DNA of 64,000 nt, taken from the NCBI RefSeq assembly GCF_009914755.1, contig NC_060934.1; one strand, given 5' to 3'. This stretch comes from the human T2T-CHM13v2.0 reference genome, Homo sapiens. A model generated the notes under the pieces. That model searched no databases. It had not been told where the DNA came from and saw nothing but the letters and a program-made list of their open reading frames with translations. A program made the translations under genes and the position numbers. Position 1 is the stretch's first letter; every line of letters begins with the position of its first letter. Shown piece after piece: positions 14,746 to 28,416 of this stretch.

Positions 14746-17341
14746 ATGGTGGCCATTGTTAAGCCTCCAGAACCTATACCTTTAAAATGGTTAACAGATA
14801 AGCCAATTTGGATAGAATAATGGCCCCCGAGTAAAGATAAACTGGAGGCTTTAGAGGACTTAGTTACTGAACAATTAGAAAAAGGACATGTAGCTCCAAC
14901 ATTTTCCCTTGGAATTCTCCAGTTTTCATAATTAAGAAAAAATCAGGTAAATGGAGAATGTTAACTGTCTTAAGAGCCATTAATTCAGTTATACAACCTA
15001 TGGGGACATTACAGCCAGGACTGCCTTCTCCTGCTATGATTCCGAAAAATTGGCCTTTAACAGTCATAGACTTAAAAGACTGTTTCTTTACTATCCCCTT
15101 AGCTGAGCAAGACTGTGAACGGTTTGCATTTGCAAATCCTGCGGTGAACAACCTGCAGCCTGCTAAGCATTTTCACTGGAAAGTGTTGCCACAAGGCATG
15201 TTAAACAGTCCAACAATTTGCCAGACTTATGTGGGGCAAGCAATTGAATCTACTGGTAAAACATTTTCACAGTGTTACGTTATTCATTATATGGACAATA
15301 TACTTTGTGCTGCCCCCACTCAAGAAATATTATTCCAAGGTTATGATCACCTGCAAAACTGGGTTTCTTGCACTGGTTTAATTATAGCTCAGGACAAAAT
15401 TCAGACTACTACTCCCTACTCCTACTTGGGTACCTTAGTAAATGACACTACCATTGTGCCACAGAAAGTAACCATACATAGGGATCAACTGATAACATTA
15501 AATGACTTTCAAAAATTACTAGGGGACAGTAATTGCATGCGACGTGCTCTAGGCATTCCTACGTGTGCCATGAGTAATCTATTTTCTATCCTTAGAGGAG
15601 ATTCTAGTCTCACTAGCCCTTGACAATTAACAAAGGAGGCTGAGGCAGAGTTACAGCGAATTGAAAAACACGTCCATAAAGCCCAAATAAATAGAATAGA
15701 CCCAGAGAAGACTCTAGATTTGCTAATTTTTCCAACTCAGCATTCACCTACCCGTATTATTGTCCAGGAGCAGGACTTAGTAGAATAGCTTTTTCTTCCA
15801 CATACTAATTCACAGACTCTAACTCCTTATTTGGATCAAATCGCTACTATGATAGGAAATGGGAGAACTTGGATTGTTAAATTACATGGATATGATCCTG
15901 GAAAAATTATTGTCCCACTCACGAAGACACAAATACAGCAAGCTTTTATAAAATAGTCTTACTTGGCAAATCCGTTTAGCTGACTTTGTGGGTATTCTCA
16001 ATAATCATTTTCCTAAAATGAAACTGTTTCAATTTTTGAAATTAACTAATTGGATTCTGCCTAAAATAACTAAATTTAAACCAATTGACGGTGCTGAGAA
16101 TGTTTTTACGGAAGGGTCTAGTAATGGTAAAGCTTCTTATTCTGGCTTGAAAGGTAAAGTTTTCCAGATGCCCTATACTTTAGCTCAAAAAGCAGAGCTT
16201 GTAGCTGTAATTGAGGTATTGACTACTTTTAATATGCCTATTAATGTGATTTCTGATTCTTCATACATGGTTCATTCCACACAGTTAATTGAAAATGCTC
16301 AGTTGCTATTTCATACAGATGAGCAACTGATGACTTTATTTACCCAATTACAAATAGCAGTTAGGAGTAGAATGCACCCTTTTTACATCACTCACATTAG
16401 GGCTCATACACCTCTTCCAGGACCTTTGACTGCAGGGAATCAAATGGCTGATCACCTAGTTGCTACCGCAATATCTAATGCCAGGCACTTTCACAATTTA
16501 ACCCATGTTAATGCCGTTGGTCTCAAACACAGATACAGCATTACCTGGAAAGAAGATAAAGCTATTATCCAGCGATGCCCAACTTGCCAAATGGTGCATT
16601 CGTCATCTTTTATAGGAGGAGTTACTCCTCGAGGATTGGAACCTAATTCTTTTTAGCAAATGGACATCACACATGTTCCCTCATTTGGGAGACTAGCTTA
16701 TGTACATGTATGTGTGGACACCTTTTCTCACTTTGGGCTATATGCCAATCAGGAGAGTCTTCTGCCTGTGTTAAATGTCACCTTTGTAGTGTTTTGCAGT
16801 GATGGGCATTCCAGCTTCTATTAAAACAGATAATGCCTCAGGCTATACTAGCCAAGCTCTAGCTACATTTTTCTCTATGTGGAATATTAAGCACATTACT
16901 GGCATCCCATATAATTCTCAAGGACAAGCCATAGTAGAAATAATGAATCTCTCCCTGAAACAGCAGTTGAAAAAGCAAAAGAGGAGAAACAGGGACTACA
17001 GGACACCCCATATGCAGTTGAATCTAGCATTATTGACTTTAAATTTTTTGAGCCTGCCTAAAGGCCAGATGCTATCGGCAGCTGAACAGCATCTACAGAA
17101 ACCAACTGCAAAGGCAGAAGCAGGACAACTGGTTTGGTGGAGAGATCCGATAACAAAAAGTTGGGAAATAGGTAAAATAATAACTTGGGGTAGAGGTTAT
17201 GCTTGTGTTTCTCTAGGACAGAACCAGCAGCCACTTTGGATACCATCAAGACACCTGAAATCTTATCATGATCCAGATGCTGAGGAAGAGATTCTGGGAG
17301 GATCCCCAGGACCCCCCCGGTTGCAGCCATGTCAAGACTGA
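14746..17341 (+). pseudogene. HML-3 pol remnant (RT, RNase H, integrase)
   Basis: [23 protein letters not shown] (degenerate YMDD), AQKAEL, HIRAHT, H..THVN..CPTC, IKTDN..Y, GIPYNSQGQAIVE, WGRGYACV. Stops and frameshifts present. Confidence 0.93.
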
Positions 17342-18390
17342 TGCGAGGAGGACCCCAACTGTCACAAGCAACATCTGTCGAACACAGCCACCTACCTGGG
17401 GACAGATCAAGAAGCTGTCACAGATGGTGGAAGAGAACCTGAGGAAAATGTGACAACCAGTCATAATGCGTAATTTAATGATAGCTATGATAGCGGTGAT
17501 CACCATTGCCATGAGTATTCCTTTAGCAAGGGCTGACACAGAGAACAATTATACTTATTGGGCATATTTATCAATCTTGGCTGGCAATAATGCCTGGATG
17601 TAATCACTCTATGACATAGTTACACATGCTTTCTGATCTCAGTATTTACCATAATAAATCTGCTCCTATAATTGAGGCATATCGCCCTCAAAAACCTATT
17701 TGTAAACAGAATTGGACCTGGTCAGAAATAGTGAATGTACTTGTTTGGGAACACTGCATTTGCAGAACAGGCAGAGGTGCTGCGCAATGATTCCTATGGA
17801 ATCATTATTGATTGGTCCCCTAAGGGGATGTTTAGGTTGAATTGCACCTCTCAGTCTGCATACCACGGCCACACTATGTTCAGCTGGTGTAAACGAAATG
17901 GTCAGATGGTAGAAATGGTAAGAAGTACGGCAAGAGTTCCTATTATCTGGAAACATGGCGGTATAGTGGCACCTCAACCTCAAATGATATGGCCTACTGT
18001 AGGAGCTAAACATAGGATTTGTGGAAACTATTAATGGCTCTTAATAACATAAAAATTTGGGAAATAATTAAAAAAAGCATCCAGAAGAACACTCTACAAA
18101 CTTGTCTTTGGATGTTGAAAAATTAAAAGAACAAGTATTTAAAGCATCCCAGGCACACCTGACCTTAATGCCAGGAACTGGAATGCTTGAAGGAGCTGCA
18201 GACGGATTAGCAGCTAGTAACCCATTAAAATAGATAAAAACACTTGAAGGCTTTGTGATTTCAATGATGATTGTGCTTTTAATCTGTGTTGTCTTTATAC
18301 AGTCTGCAGATGTGGCTCCCGACTCCTGCAAGAAGTAGCTCAGTGTGATAAAGCCGTCTTTGCTTTTATCGTCTTGCAAACACAAAAAGG
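17268..18390 (+). pseudogene. HML-3 env remnant with large internal deletion
   Basis: TQPPTWGQIKKLSQM, NYTYWAY, GIIIDWSPKG, then a TM-end-like segment (LKEQVFKASQAHLTLMPG). Only ~1.1 kb long. Confidence 0.8.
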
Positions 18391-18397
18391 GGTAACA

Positions 18398-18907
18398 TGT
18401 TGGGAACAGGCCCCCAAATCTGGTCATAAACTGGCCCCAAAACTGTCCATAAACAAAATTTCTGCAGGCCTGTGACATATTCTTGATGGTCATGATGCCC
18501 ATGCTGAAGGTTGTTGGTTTACTGGAATGAGGGCAAGGAACACCTGGCCCACCCAGGGTGGAAAACCACTTAAAGCCATTCCTAAACCATAAACAATAGC
18601 ATGAGCTTTCTGTGCCTTAAGGACATGTTCCTGCTGCAGATAACTAGCCAGAGCTTATCTCTTTGTTTCGGCTCATCTCTTTGTTTCTCATAAGAAATAC
18701 TTTTAGTTAATCTATAATCTATAGAAACAATACTTATCATTGGGTCGCTGTCAATAAATATGTGGGTAAATCCCTGTTCATGGCTCTCAGCTCTGAAGGC
18801 TGTCAGCCCCCTGATTTCCCACTCCACACTCTATATTTCTGTATGTTTGTCTTTAATTCCTCTAGTGCCGCTGGGTTATGGTCTCCACGACTGAGTTGGT
18901 CTTGGCA
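18398..18907 (+). repeat. 3' MER9 LTR (510 bp)
   Basis: TGTTGGGAACAGGCCCCCAAATCTGG...; AATAAA at ~18753; ends ...TCTTGGCA followed by the TSD. Confidence 0.93.
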
Positions 18908-20989
18908 TGAGCAGATGTTCCAGTAGGCAGAGGCTGAGTCTCTAATACTGAGTTCAATGTTACCACTGCATACCTGGCATGTTGAACCCCTTCTAGCACA
19001 AAACTACTCCCATCTGTGAAGTACTTGACATCTGGGTCTCTGAGGGGTCTGTCTGTAAGATCTTTCCAACTGGAGAGTACCTGCATCTACCATTTTGACA
19101 CAGTCATGGAGGGGAGCTCCTGGTTCAACTGAGAGCAGAGTAGCTGGGTTTAGGGTGTTCACTCTTTCTAAAATAATGTAAGCATTTTTACACAGAAGCC
19201 TGTGGTACTGAGTCATCTTCTGGTTTGATAACCAATGATGCCCTCTTTGATCCATCAAAGTTATAACTGAATGTGGCACCCAGACGGTTAGCTGCTGTCC
19301 TAAAATGAATTTGCTAGCTTCTTGTGTTAACAAGATGGTGGTGGCTAATGCCTTAAGGCAAGGAGGCAATCCCAGCACCATGGAGTCCAGTTGTTTGGAT
19401 AAATATGCCACTGGGTGATGCCATGACCCTATCACTTGAATCAGAACCCCTACAGCAATTCCTTTTCGTTCATGAACATATAGAAAGAAAGGCTTAGTTA
19501 TGTCTGGTAGTCCTAAGGCTGGAGCCTGAGTTAAAGCTTCCTTGATCTGTTTGACTGCTATTTCCTGATTAGTTTCCAAAAGGAGGGGCTCCTTTTCTCC
19601 CCCCTTTGTGGCTTCATATAACAGCTTAGCCATCAGTGGGAAATTTGGAATCCAGATGTGGCAGAATCCTGCTGTCCCTAAAAATTCTCTTATTTGATGT
19701 CGGGTGGTTGGGGTTGGAAGCACACAAATGGCTTGCTTTCACTCATAGCCAAGCCGGCATTCCCTGTGGCTCACTATGAAACCTAGATATTTAACCTCTT
19801 CATGGCAAATTTGGGCTTTCTTTTTAGATACTTTGTAACCTGCTTTCTACAGGAGATAGAGGAGATCCTGGTTTCCCTGATAACAGTCCTCTCGGTTTGG
19901 GGCTGCCACAAGAAGGTCATCCAAGTACTGTAACAAGGGGCAGTTATCATTTGGTGGGGTATAGGCCTTGAGGTCTGAGGCCAATGCTTCCCTAAAGATT
20001 GTGGGAGAGTTTTTAAACCCTTGTGGGAGCCTAGTCCAGGTGAACTGTGTAGCTTCTTTGTCCTATTGAAATGCAAAGATAGGCTGACTAATTGGTGCCA
20101 AGTGGATACAAAAGAAAGCGCCCTTTAATTCTAAGACTGTAAACCAGGTAGCACTTGCTGGAATAAGTCCTATTAAAGTATACAGGTTGGGTACCACTGG
20201 ATGGATGGTTACTGTGGCCCGGTTCACAACACACAAGTCCTGCACTGGTCTATACTCATCAGACCTTGGTCCTGGCAGCAGCTTTTGTACTGGTAAAAGT
20301 GGAATATTTTAGGGCGACTGGCATTGGACTAAAATGCCATGTTTATAGAGCCACTCTAAGTGTTTACAGATGCCCCATACAGCCTTTTGGGGAACTGGGT
20401 ACTGACGAACCCGAACAGGAGTTGCTCCTGGTTTTAATTCTATTACTACTGGTGCCTGATTTACAGCTAACCCAGATGGATTGTCTTCAGCCCAACTCCA
20501 GGAATTTCTCTAACTAACTGAAATAATTTCTCTTCATCCTATGTACAAGGCTGCGTTGGTGCCTGTAGTTTCTTTCCATAAAGTCTCCACTCCTCAGCCT
20601 GTGGGATGATAGAGATTAACACCATGGCCTTCGGGTGACTTAGATTTAAAGTCATATCTTCCTGTGGGCCAAAAGTAACCTGTGCGTGCAGTTTTTGAGG
20701 TAGGTCTCTCCCTAACAAGGGAACTGGACGGTTTAGGAGCTATAGGAATTCATGCTGAACTTTTCATCCTCCTATAACACTCCTCCTTGACTGGCAGAAT
20801 GGCCTCTTCTCTGAGACTCCAGTAGCCCCTGCAATAGTTTTATAGTTCTTGGATAATGGCACTAAGGGTTGAGTTACTACAGAGTGTTCAGCCCCAGTAT
20901 CTACCATAAAGTCCATCAATTGTCCTCCAACTTCTAATGTGACCATAAGCTCCTGGAGGCCCAATGAGAATGATCCTGGTCTGTCCTAG

Positions 20990-22668
20990 TCCTCATATCC
21001 TTCAGCCCCTGCCAGCCCGATTAGATCAGTATCTGGTTCCTCTAGGGTGCAGCAGCCCCTGGCCAATGGCCTCTTTGTCTCACAGCCTTGGCCATTTCCC
21101 TCATTGCCTTTTGGACATTCATCCTTCTAGTGTTCCTTCTTTTTACACTGTGCACATTGATCCTTCTCTAGCCTTGGTCAGCTCTTGAATCCCTGTCTAA
21201 CTAGACCTCTTCCACATCCACGTCCGTGTCCATGTCCTCTCACATTACTAATCTCTCTTTCTATAAGGGCTGCTGCCAACAAATTGGCCTTTTTCTTAAG
21301 CCTCTGATCTGCTTCCTTCTTTGCCTCCTGGTCACAGTTAACATACACCTTAGTGGCCACTTCTATAAGCTGGGTGGCATTCATGCCTGAGAAGCCTCCC
21401 AGTTTCTGAAGCTTTCACTTTATGTCACCCTGGGCCTGTCCTATAAATGATGTATTTACCATATGCTGATGTTCAACAGCCTCAGGGACAAATGGGGTGA
21501 AAAGCTGGTATACCCCACAGAGTCTTTCATAAAACTGGCTAGGGCTCTCATCACTTCCCTGAAGCACCTCTGAGATCTTTCCTATATTGATTGCCTCTTT
21601 TCCACCATCCCTTAGCCCTTGCAGAAGTGCCTCTTAGTACCTCTGCAAATGCTGAAGCTGGGTCACATCTTCCAGGTCCCAGCTGGGATCTTGGTCTGGG
21701 AACTGGCCCGGAGTGTATGCCTGAGCATTCACTGTGTCTGCTGGTGCATGGGCTTCAAGCTGGTGGAGAGCTGCCTGGGTTACTCTCCTGTGTTCCTCAG
21801 TGTTAAACAGTGTGAGAAGAAGCTGCCTGCAGTTTGGCCAGGTTAGATTGTGTGTCAGAAGGATGGACTGCATCAGATCTATAAGAGCTTGGGGATTCTC
21901 CATATAGGAGGGAGTATGGTGTTTCCAGTTTAAGAGATCAGTGGTTGAAAAGGGCTGATAGATGCAAGTCCGTTGCCCCCCCTGGACTTGGCCTTGGTCA
22001 TCACAATAAATGGGTCCTCACGTCTCCCTGAGAGGCACTTGCATAGCTTAAGCATGGTCAGATCTGAGACGGCCTGCTTGACTATCTTGACTTCCTTCCC
22101 TGGCCTCTCGAGGCTCCGATCCTTCCCTTTGGGGTGAAACCTGGGGTGTGCTAGCTCCTGAATTTCGTTCTTGGGGGGCTGTTGGCCTCAGCAAAGGGTG
22201 GAACACATGGAGGAAGAATCTCTGCTCCTTCTGGCAGCTCCTGCAAGACTGGCTTCTTTTGCTTCCTCTGGGACTTTCCCTTTAACTCTGTGTCTGCCAG
22301 CGAAGCTGCTCTTACTTTCATTTTTGGCTCAGCTCAGGCCACAAGTGTTTTCTGATAAGCTGCTAAACAGGGCTGGATCCAGGCCAGTCTTGTTTGTACT
22401 ATATTTAACCATGAGTCAATATAAGAAATTGATCTGGATGCCCAGGCTGTCCTCCGACCCCTGTCACCACCTTAAATACATGGCCAATTATTTCCCTGTC
22501 TATAGTTCCTTTGGTCAGCCATCCAATACCAAAAGGAGGCCATTCTAATTCACAGAGAGTTCTCAACCTTTGGGGGGTCAGCTTAACTCCATAATCCCCT
22601 GCAAAATATTTCTTAAAGGTCTGTAACTTGCACTCCAATGGAGTGGGTTTTGATGACTTTCCTTCCAT
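20990..22668 (-). pseudogene. ERV3-like gag remnant
   Basis: Matrix-like MEGKSSKPTPLEC..DYGVKLTPQRLRTLCELEWP; capsid-like THNLTWPNCRQLLLTLFNTEE; QLIEVATKVYVN. Many stops and frameshifts. Confidence 0.85.
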
Positions 22669-23423
22669 TCCTCCCTTTGTGGCGCAGTACACTCACTGTT
22701 CCTTTTGCCTCAGGCTGACCAGACTGTCTCCTATTGAGGGAGTTTTCAGATGCCGCTTAGCTTTGGAGGGGTTCTTATTCCCACCACAACTCTGAGCTGT
22801 GGGGCAGCTCCTATTAGTTGCATGCAGCTTGCCACTAGTCCAGGTCAGCCCCACACTTTGCTTGGAGCACACAGTGCACGCTAAGAGATTTATGACTCCC
22901 CACATCACTCCCCGCATTGGTTCCTTTTGAAACTGTTTCTTTCACACACTTTCACACACCTCCCCACTCCCAGTTCCTGTGTTCCTATTTAGGGTAGTGA
23001 GCCACTCTCACCACCTCCAATTTCCTTTTCCTAACCAACTTAGTGAGCCACTCTCGCATCCTGTGTTGGTTGGGGTGTGAGTTTAATCTAAATTGGTGAG
23101 CCACTCTCACTGCTCCCTACCTCTCTGGGTCGGATTATGAGTTACACCCCAGGAGGTGATCAGGCTCCCCTTCTGTCCTTATGGAACAGGTCCTGCCTTG
23201 GGCCCCAATACCTTACCGTGGTTCCTGAAGCATGCTGCTCCTGGTAATCCTCCTGTAGCCCCTCTCAGGTTCTGTTGCACTGCTGGGTAGGGGCACTGGG
23301 TCACAGGAGAGCCTATCTCCCCTCTGGGCTGAAGTTCTCCCAGCCACGCCTGGGGTCACAGTTTTCCCTTGACCCGGGGCTCCAGCCCCACAGGCAAAGG
23401 AGATAGTAAGCCTGTCATCTCCA

Positions 23424-23441
23424 CTCCTGGCTGGCTTGCCA
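23424..23441 (-). promoter_or_regulatory. Primer-binding site for tRNA-Arg(ACG)
   Basis: Minus strand reads TGGCAAGCCAGCCAGGAG, a 17/18 match to the complement of the tRNA-Arg-ACG 3' end CTCCTGGCTGGCTCGCCA, 3 nt inside the LTR end. Confidence 0.88.
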
Positions 23442-23444
23442 AAA

Positions 23445-23999
23445 TGTTGTGGTAAACTGAGGACCAGAGAGATCGAAATGGGGAATATAAGAGGATGTTT
23501 ATTTAAGGCACGCACCGGCTCAGTGGATTCACATCCAAAAACTAAGCATTGAACAAAACAGAGTTTAGCTTATATAGGCTTGCATTCAAAAGCAAAACAA
23601 AGGCAGTGAGTTTTACAGTGACTAGTCATGTAATCCATAGCATAACTGCTGACCTTGGCAATAACCTGTGGCCTTGCATAGCTAGTGGCTAGCAGCTGCA
23701 TCAAAAGAAAAACAGGAACTTTGCAAATCCTACTAAATACAAGCATTGGCAAACATAGTCATAACTAATAGTACAATACAGGAGAGACAGTAAAGGAATT
23801 TTTCTTCTTTTAACCTTGCTTGGGGGTGTCTGGAGTTCATTTCTGCAGGCTAGGTCACCACGACCTGTCTATACCCTTGCCTGCAGCAGAGAAAAACTTG
23901 TGTTTCTCACTTCACCTTTAATTACTGCATTTATTCACTTTTCTTGGAGTGAATAAATGCAGTACTTATTGTTATTATTATTTTTAAATTTCTGTCTCA
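23445..23999 (-). repeat. 5' LTR of the ERV3-like provirus (555 bp)
   Basis: Its first ~100 bp on + match 10373-10472. Minus-strand TATATAA at ~23570-23576 and AATAAA at ~23498-23503. Followed by the PBS. Confidence 0.9.
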
Positions 24000-24207
24000 T
24001 GCCTATTGGGCTCCATAGTAGAATTGTGAGTGGATTGTATGCCACAATTACAGTATTAGAGCATTCCGGGTTTTTCTATGTATTTAATTTTACTAGTGTG
24101 TTTTGTACTTCCATTTTTTTCACATTAGCGATTTTTTTTTCAGACTGAAGAAGTCACTTGAACATTTCTTGTAAGATGGGTCTGGTGGCAGTGAATTCTT
24201 TCAGGGC

Positions 24208-25132
24208 TTTTTTTCTTTTGAGACAGGATCTCCTTTTCTTACCCAGGTTGGAGTGCAGTGGTGCAATGTTGGCTCACTGCAGCCTCAGCCTCCTGAGCTC
24301 AAGAGACCCTCCCACCTCAGTCTCTCTAGTAGCTGAGACTACAGGCATGCACCACCACACCAGGCTAATTTTGATTATTTTTTGTATTTTATTTTATTTT
24401 ATTTTTTTTGTAGAGATGAGGTCTCACCATGTTGCCCGGGCTGGTCTCCAACTCCTGGACTCAAGTGATCCTCCTACCTTGGCCTCCCAAAGTGGTGGGA
24501 TTATAGGTGTGAGCCCACTGTTCCAGGCCTGGTACGTTAGAATCATATCGGGAGCAATGACAAATAAGAAATGATGTTTAGAGCCCGGGCAACATAGTGA
24601 GACCCCTGTCTTTACAAAAAACTAAAAAATTAGCTGGGTATGGTGGCTGATGCTTGTTGTCCCAGCTACTTGGGGGGCTGATGTAGAAGGATGGTTTGAG
24701 CTTGGGAGGTGGAGGCTGCAGTGAGCAGTGACTGCCACTCCAGCGTGGATGACAGAGAGAGACCCTGTCAAAAAAAAAAAAAAAAGAAAAGAAAAAGAAA
24801 GAAATGTTTAACTTTCTTTGATTCGTATTTGCATGAATGTACGCTTTTTTTTTTTTTTGAGAGTCTCACTCTGTCACCCAGGCTGGAGTGCAGGGGCACA
24901 GTCACGGCTCACTGCAGCCTGGACTATTGGGCTCAAGCGATCCTCCCACATCAGCCTCCCAAGTAGCTGGGACCACAGGTTCATGCCATCACACCCAGCT
25001 AATTTTTTTGTATTTGTTGTAGAGATGGGGTTTCACCATGTTGCTCAGGCTGGTTTCAAACTCATGGGCTCAAGAGGTCCTCAGCTTTGAAATCCCAAAG
25101 TGCTAGGATTGCAGATGTGAGCCAGCATGCCT
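24208..25132. mobile_element. Alu cluster: ~24208-24530 (-), ~24582-24800 (+, partial), ~24845-25132 (-)
   Basis: Alu arm motifs and tails. Confidence 0.88.
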
Positions 25133-25159
25133 ATATTAATTTTGTTTTGGGTGGGGGGG

Positions 25160-25915
25160 TGGTGAGAAAATCACTTTATTCTAATTAACGCTCAAACAAT
25201 AAAATTACAACAGCTCGTTTAAGGAAACCACAGAAATATTTGTCCAGCCCAAAATTCTATACCATCTCGGTGAAATTCTACACATTGAGAACACCCTCTT
25301 CCATTGTAATTCTGAAGCAGGAAAGATATGAATGACAGAGGAGAATTTTAACTGATGGTTTTATACTTTATACCTTTACTGTCAATTATATTTTATGCTA
25401 AATTAACTTGGTCATGAGAGCCATTTTCATTTCTTCAGTTTGGACTTCTTGATTAGGCTATTCCATTTGCAAATCTGCACTGTTTCAGCACCTCATTGAG
25501 ACCTCACAGAGCTTTATGTCATCCTGGTTCTGGCCACGCTCCAAAAACTGTTTCATCTCAGAAGCAAGGCTGCTGCTGCTGTGCTGGCCGGGTTCCCTGA
25601 GGTTCTTGGTAAGTGAGGCCAGGCCTTGGAGGCTCAGCATTATTTCTTCCACTAAAGCCCCCAGTGTGTGCCCCACAGTAGAGCCTGTAGCAATGCCAGC
25701 TGCAGTGGTTGCCATTTGGGCCATCAGAGCTAGCTACCAAGGTGCAGCAGCACAAAAGCCAGTTGCAGAGGGTGGGGCTGCTGCTGGGGGCTGAGCTGTG
25801 GTGCTGGGTTGGGTGCAGTTCTCATCTCAGGTGCCCGGCTGGCTGGAGGGGCCATGCAAGTGATGATGTGGCTTCCATGCAGCATTATGACTGCACAGAG
25901 GCTCAGCCTGTGAAA
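25160..25915 (-). pseudogene. CHCHD2 processed pseudogene (CDS-equivalent 25885..25453)
   Basis: Intronless MAPPASRAP.MR, MAQMATTAAGIA.GS.VGHTLG, GGFSG..NAEPPRP..TYQEPQGT.PAQQQQPC, KQFLE..QNQ.DIKLCE spread over several frames. Minus-strand AATAAA at 25175-25180. Confidence 0.92.
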
Positions 25916-26219
25916 GCCTGCAAAGAGCCCAACACCATAAATATGTTACGAATATTATTTCAAAATTGTATGAGGTTTCTAAAAAGTTGATATATCTTGG
26001 TACATGTAGTGAATTGCTTTAATCTGATGCTTTTCTGCATAGAGCTTTTAGCTCTGTGCAAATCCTAGAGTGTTATGTCTTCAAGGATATTCATGGAAAG
26101 AACCAGGAATTATACTCTTGAATAGAGGTTTCTGACTGCTTTGTAGATCATATCATTAGACTAAGTAAAAACTTACAGAACACTAATAAAAAACTGGTGT
26201 GTTCGTGAAGATCACTAAT

Positions 26220-26593
26220 TGTGTTAGTCCATTCTTGCACTGCTATAAAGAATACCTGAAAGAAAGTATAATTTATAAAGAAAAGAGGTTTAATTGGCTC
26301 AAGGGTTCTGCAGGCTGTACAGGAAGCATGGCTGGGGAGGCCTCAAGAAACCTTCAATCATGGCAGAGGGGAAGCAGGCTTATCTTACATGGCCAGAGCA
26401 GGAGGAAGAGAGAGAGAGGAGGTGCTACACACTTTTAAACAACCGGATCTCATGAGAACTCACTCACTCTCATGAGAATAGCACCAAAGGGGAAATCTGT
26501 CCCCACAACCCAATCACCTCCCACCAGGCCCCACCTCCAACACTGGGATTACAACTTGACATGCGATTTGGGACACAGATTCAAACCATATCA
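26220..26593 (-). mobile_element. MSTA/MSTB MaLR solo LTR inside ERV1 internal-like sequence (~25930-27840)
   Basis: TGTGTTAGTCCATTCTTGCACTGCTATAAAG...CAAACCATATCA; near-TSD CTAAT/CTAAC. The family of the host element is uncertain. Confidence 0.85.
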
Positions 26594-26779
26594 CTAACTC
26601 AACATCAAGCAGAACAAGAATTAATTACATGGGACTGAACTGATGGAGGAGTGAAATGATTTTTATGTCTATTTGTTTGAAACATTGCTGATTCTTTTCA
26701 TGTTTTGTTTTGCGGAATCAAGAAAACTTTATTTCTTTTGAGCTACTTGTAAGTCACAGAAATTGGGTAAAATATACTG

Positions 26780-27724
<945 letters not shown>

Positions 27725-28416
27725 GGATATCAGTTTCTGACAGGCACAGGAACCTCAATATATTTTGAGACCTAGAGAAGAGAGGAATTTATCTAGTTTG
27801 TACAGGTAAGACAGGTACAGTCTGATGGCGAATCCTTGGCTTGGTCACTGCACTCCAGCCTGGGTGATGGAGTGAGACTCTGTCTCAAAAAAGTAAAAAA
27901 ATTAGCTGGGGGTGATGGTGCACAACTATACTCCTTGTTAATTGGTGTTCTCACACACACACACCTTTGGACACTAGGCTGATTATCTCTTTAGGATGAG
28001 CCCATGGAAGGGTACTCACTGGGTCACTGGATGTGCTCACAATGTGCTCCTTACCTTTCTGGCTGTGAGTCCCTTCCCTTAAAGTTCTCACTACCCCAGG
28101 CCCCCCAAGGGTGGTCTTTTCAGAAAAAGGCCTGTTCCTGTCTTATCCTGTATAAAACCTTCCAAGGCTTCCCATTGCCTGCAGGGAAAGGTCCAAACTT
28201 CATCCTGGCCCAGCCTCTTGCCAGCCTTGGTGCTGCCCACTGGCTGGAGCACCACATCTCCACTTGGCCTTGAGTTCATCTGAAAAATGGGGACAGATTA
28301 CACCATCCCCTTCACATTGCCAACTGGCTAAAGAAGTGAGGAAGTTAAGCATTTAGCACAGAGCCTGTCTCTTTGTAAGTTTTAGCTGGTAGTGATTGAA
28401 ACCGTGAACTCCCCAT

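Larger units (their letters stand above)
13760..18907 (+). mobile_element. HERV-K9 / HML-3 defective provirus (MER9 LTRs) nested in the ERV3-like pol
   Basis: MER9-type ends TGTTGGGAA...GGCA with 6-bp TSD TGAGCA (13754-13759 and 18908-18913). Betaretroviral dUTPase-protease-RT-RNaseH-IN-env order. Polypurine tract AAAAAGGGG just before 18398. Confidence 0.93.
12170..20990 (-). pseudogene. ERV3-like pro-pol remnant, interrupted by HERV-K9 at 13760-18907
   Basis: Protease FMVDTGAEHS (20764-20964). RT QDL..VN, WFTVLELKGAFF, YLDD (~19916-19930), FLGTAGFC. RNase H YFTDGSS/GTSA|QKAEL. Integrase [25 protein letters not shown]. Confidence 0.9.

Noticed and set aside
14958-17341. 180-222 aa RT, RNase H and integrase ORFs as a possibly functional retroviral enzyme
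   Set aside because: Catalytic motifs are altered (YMDN for YMDD, FTEG for FTDG), frames are broken, and the promoter, PBS and gag are deleted.
23424-23441. tRNA-Arg 3' end sequence as a tRNA gene
   Set aside because: Only 18 nt including CCA, adjacent to an LTR: it is a primer-binding site.
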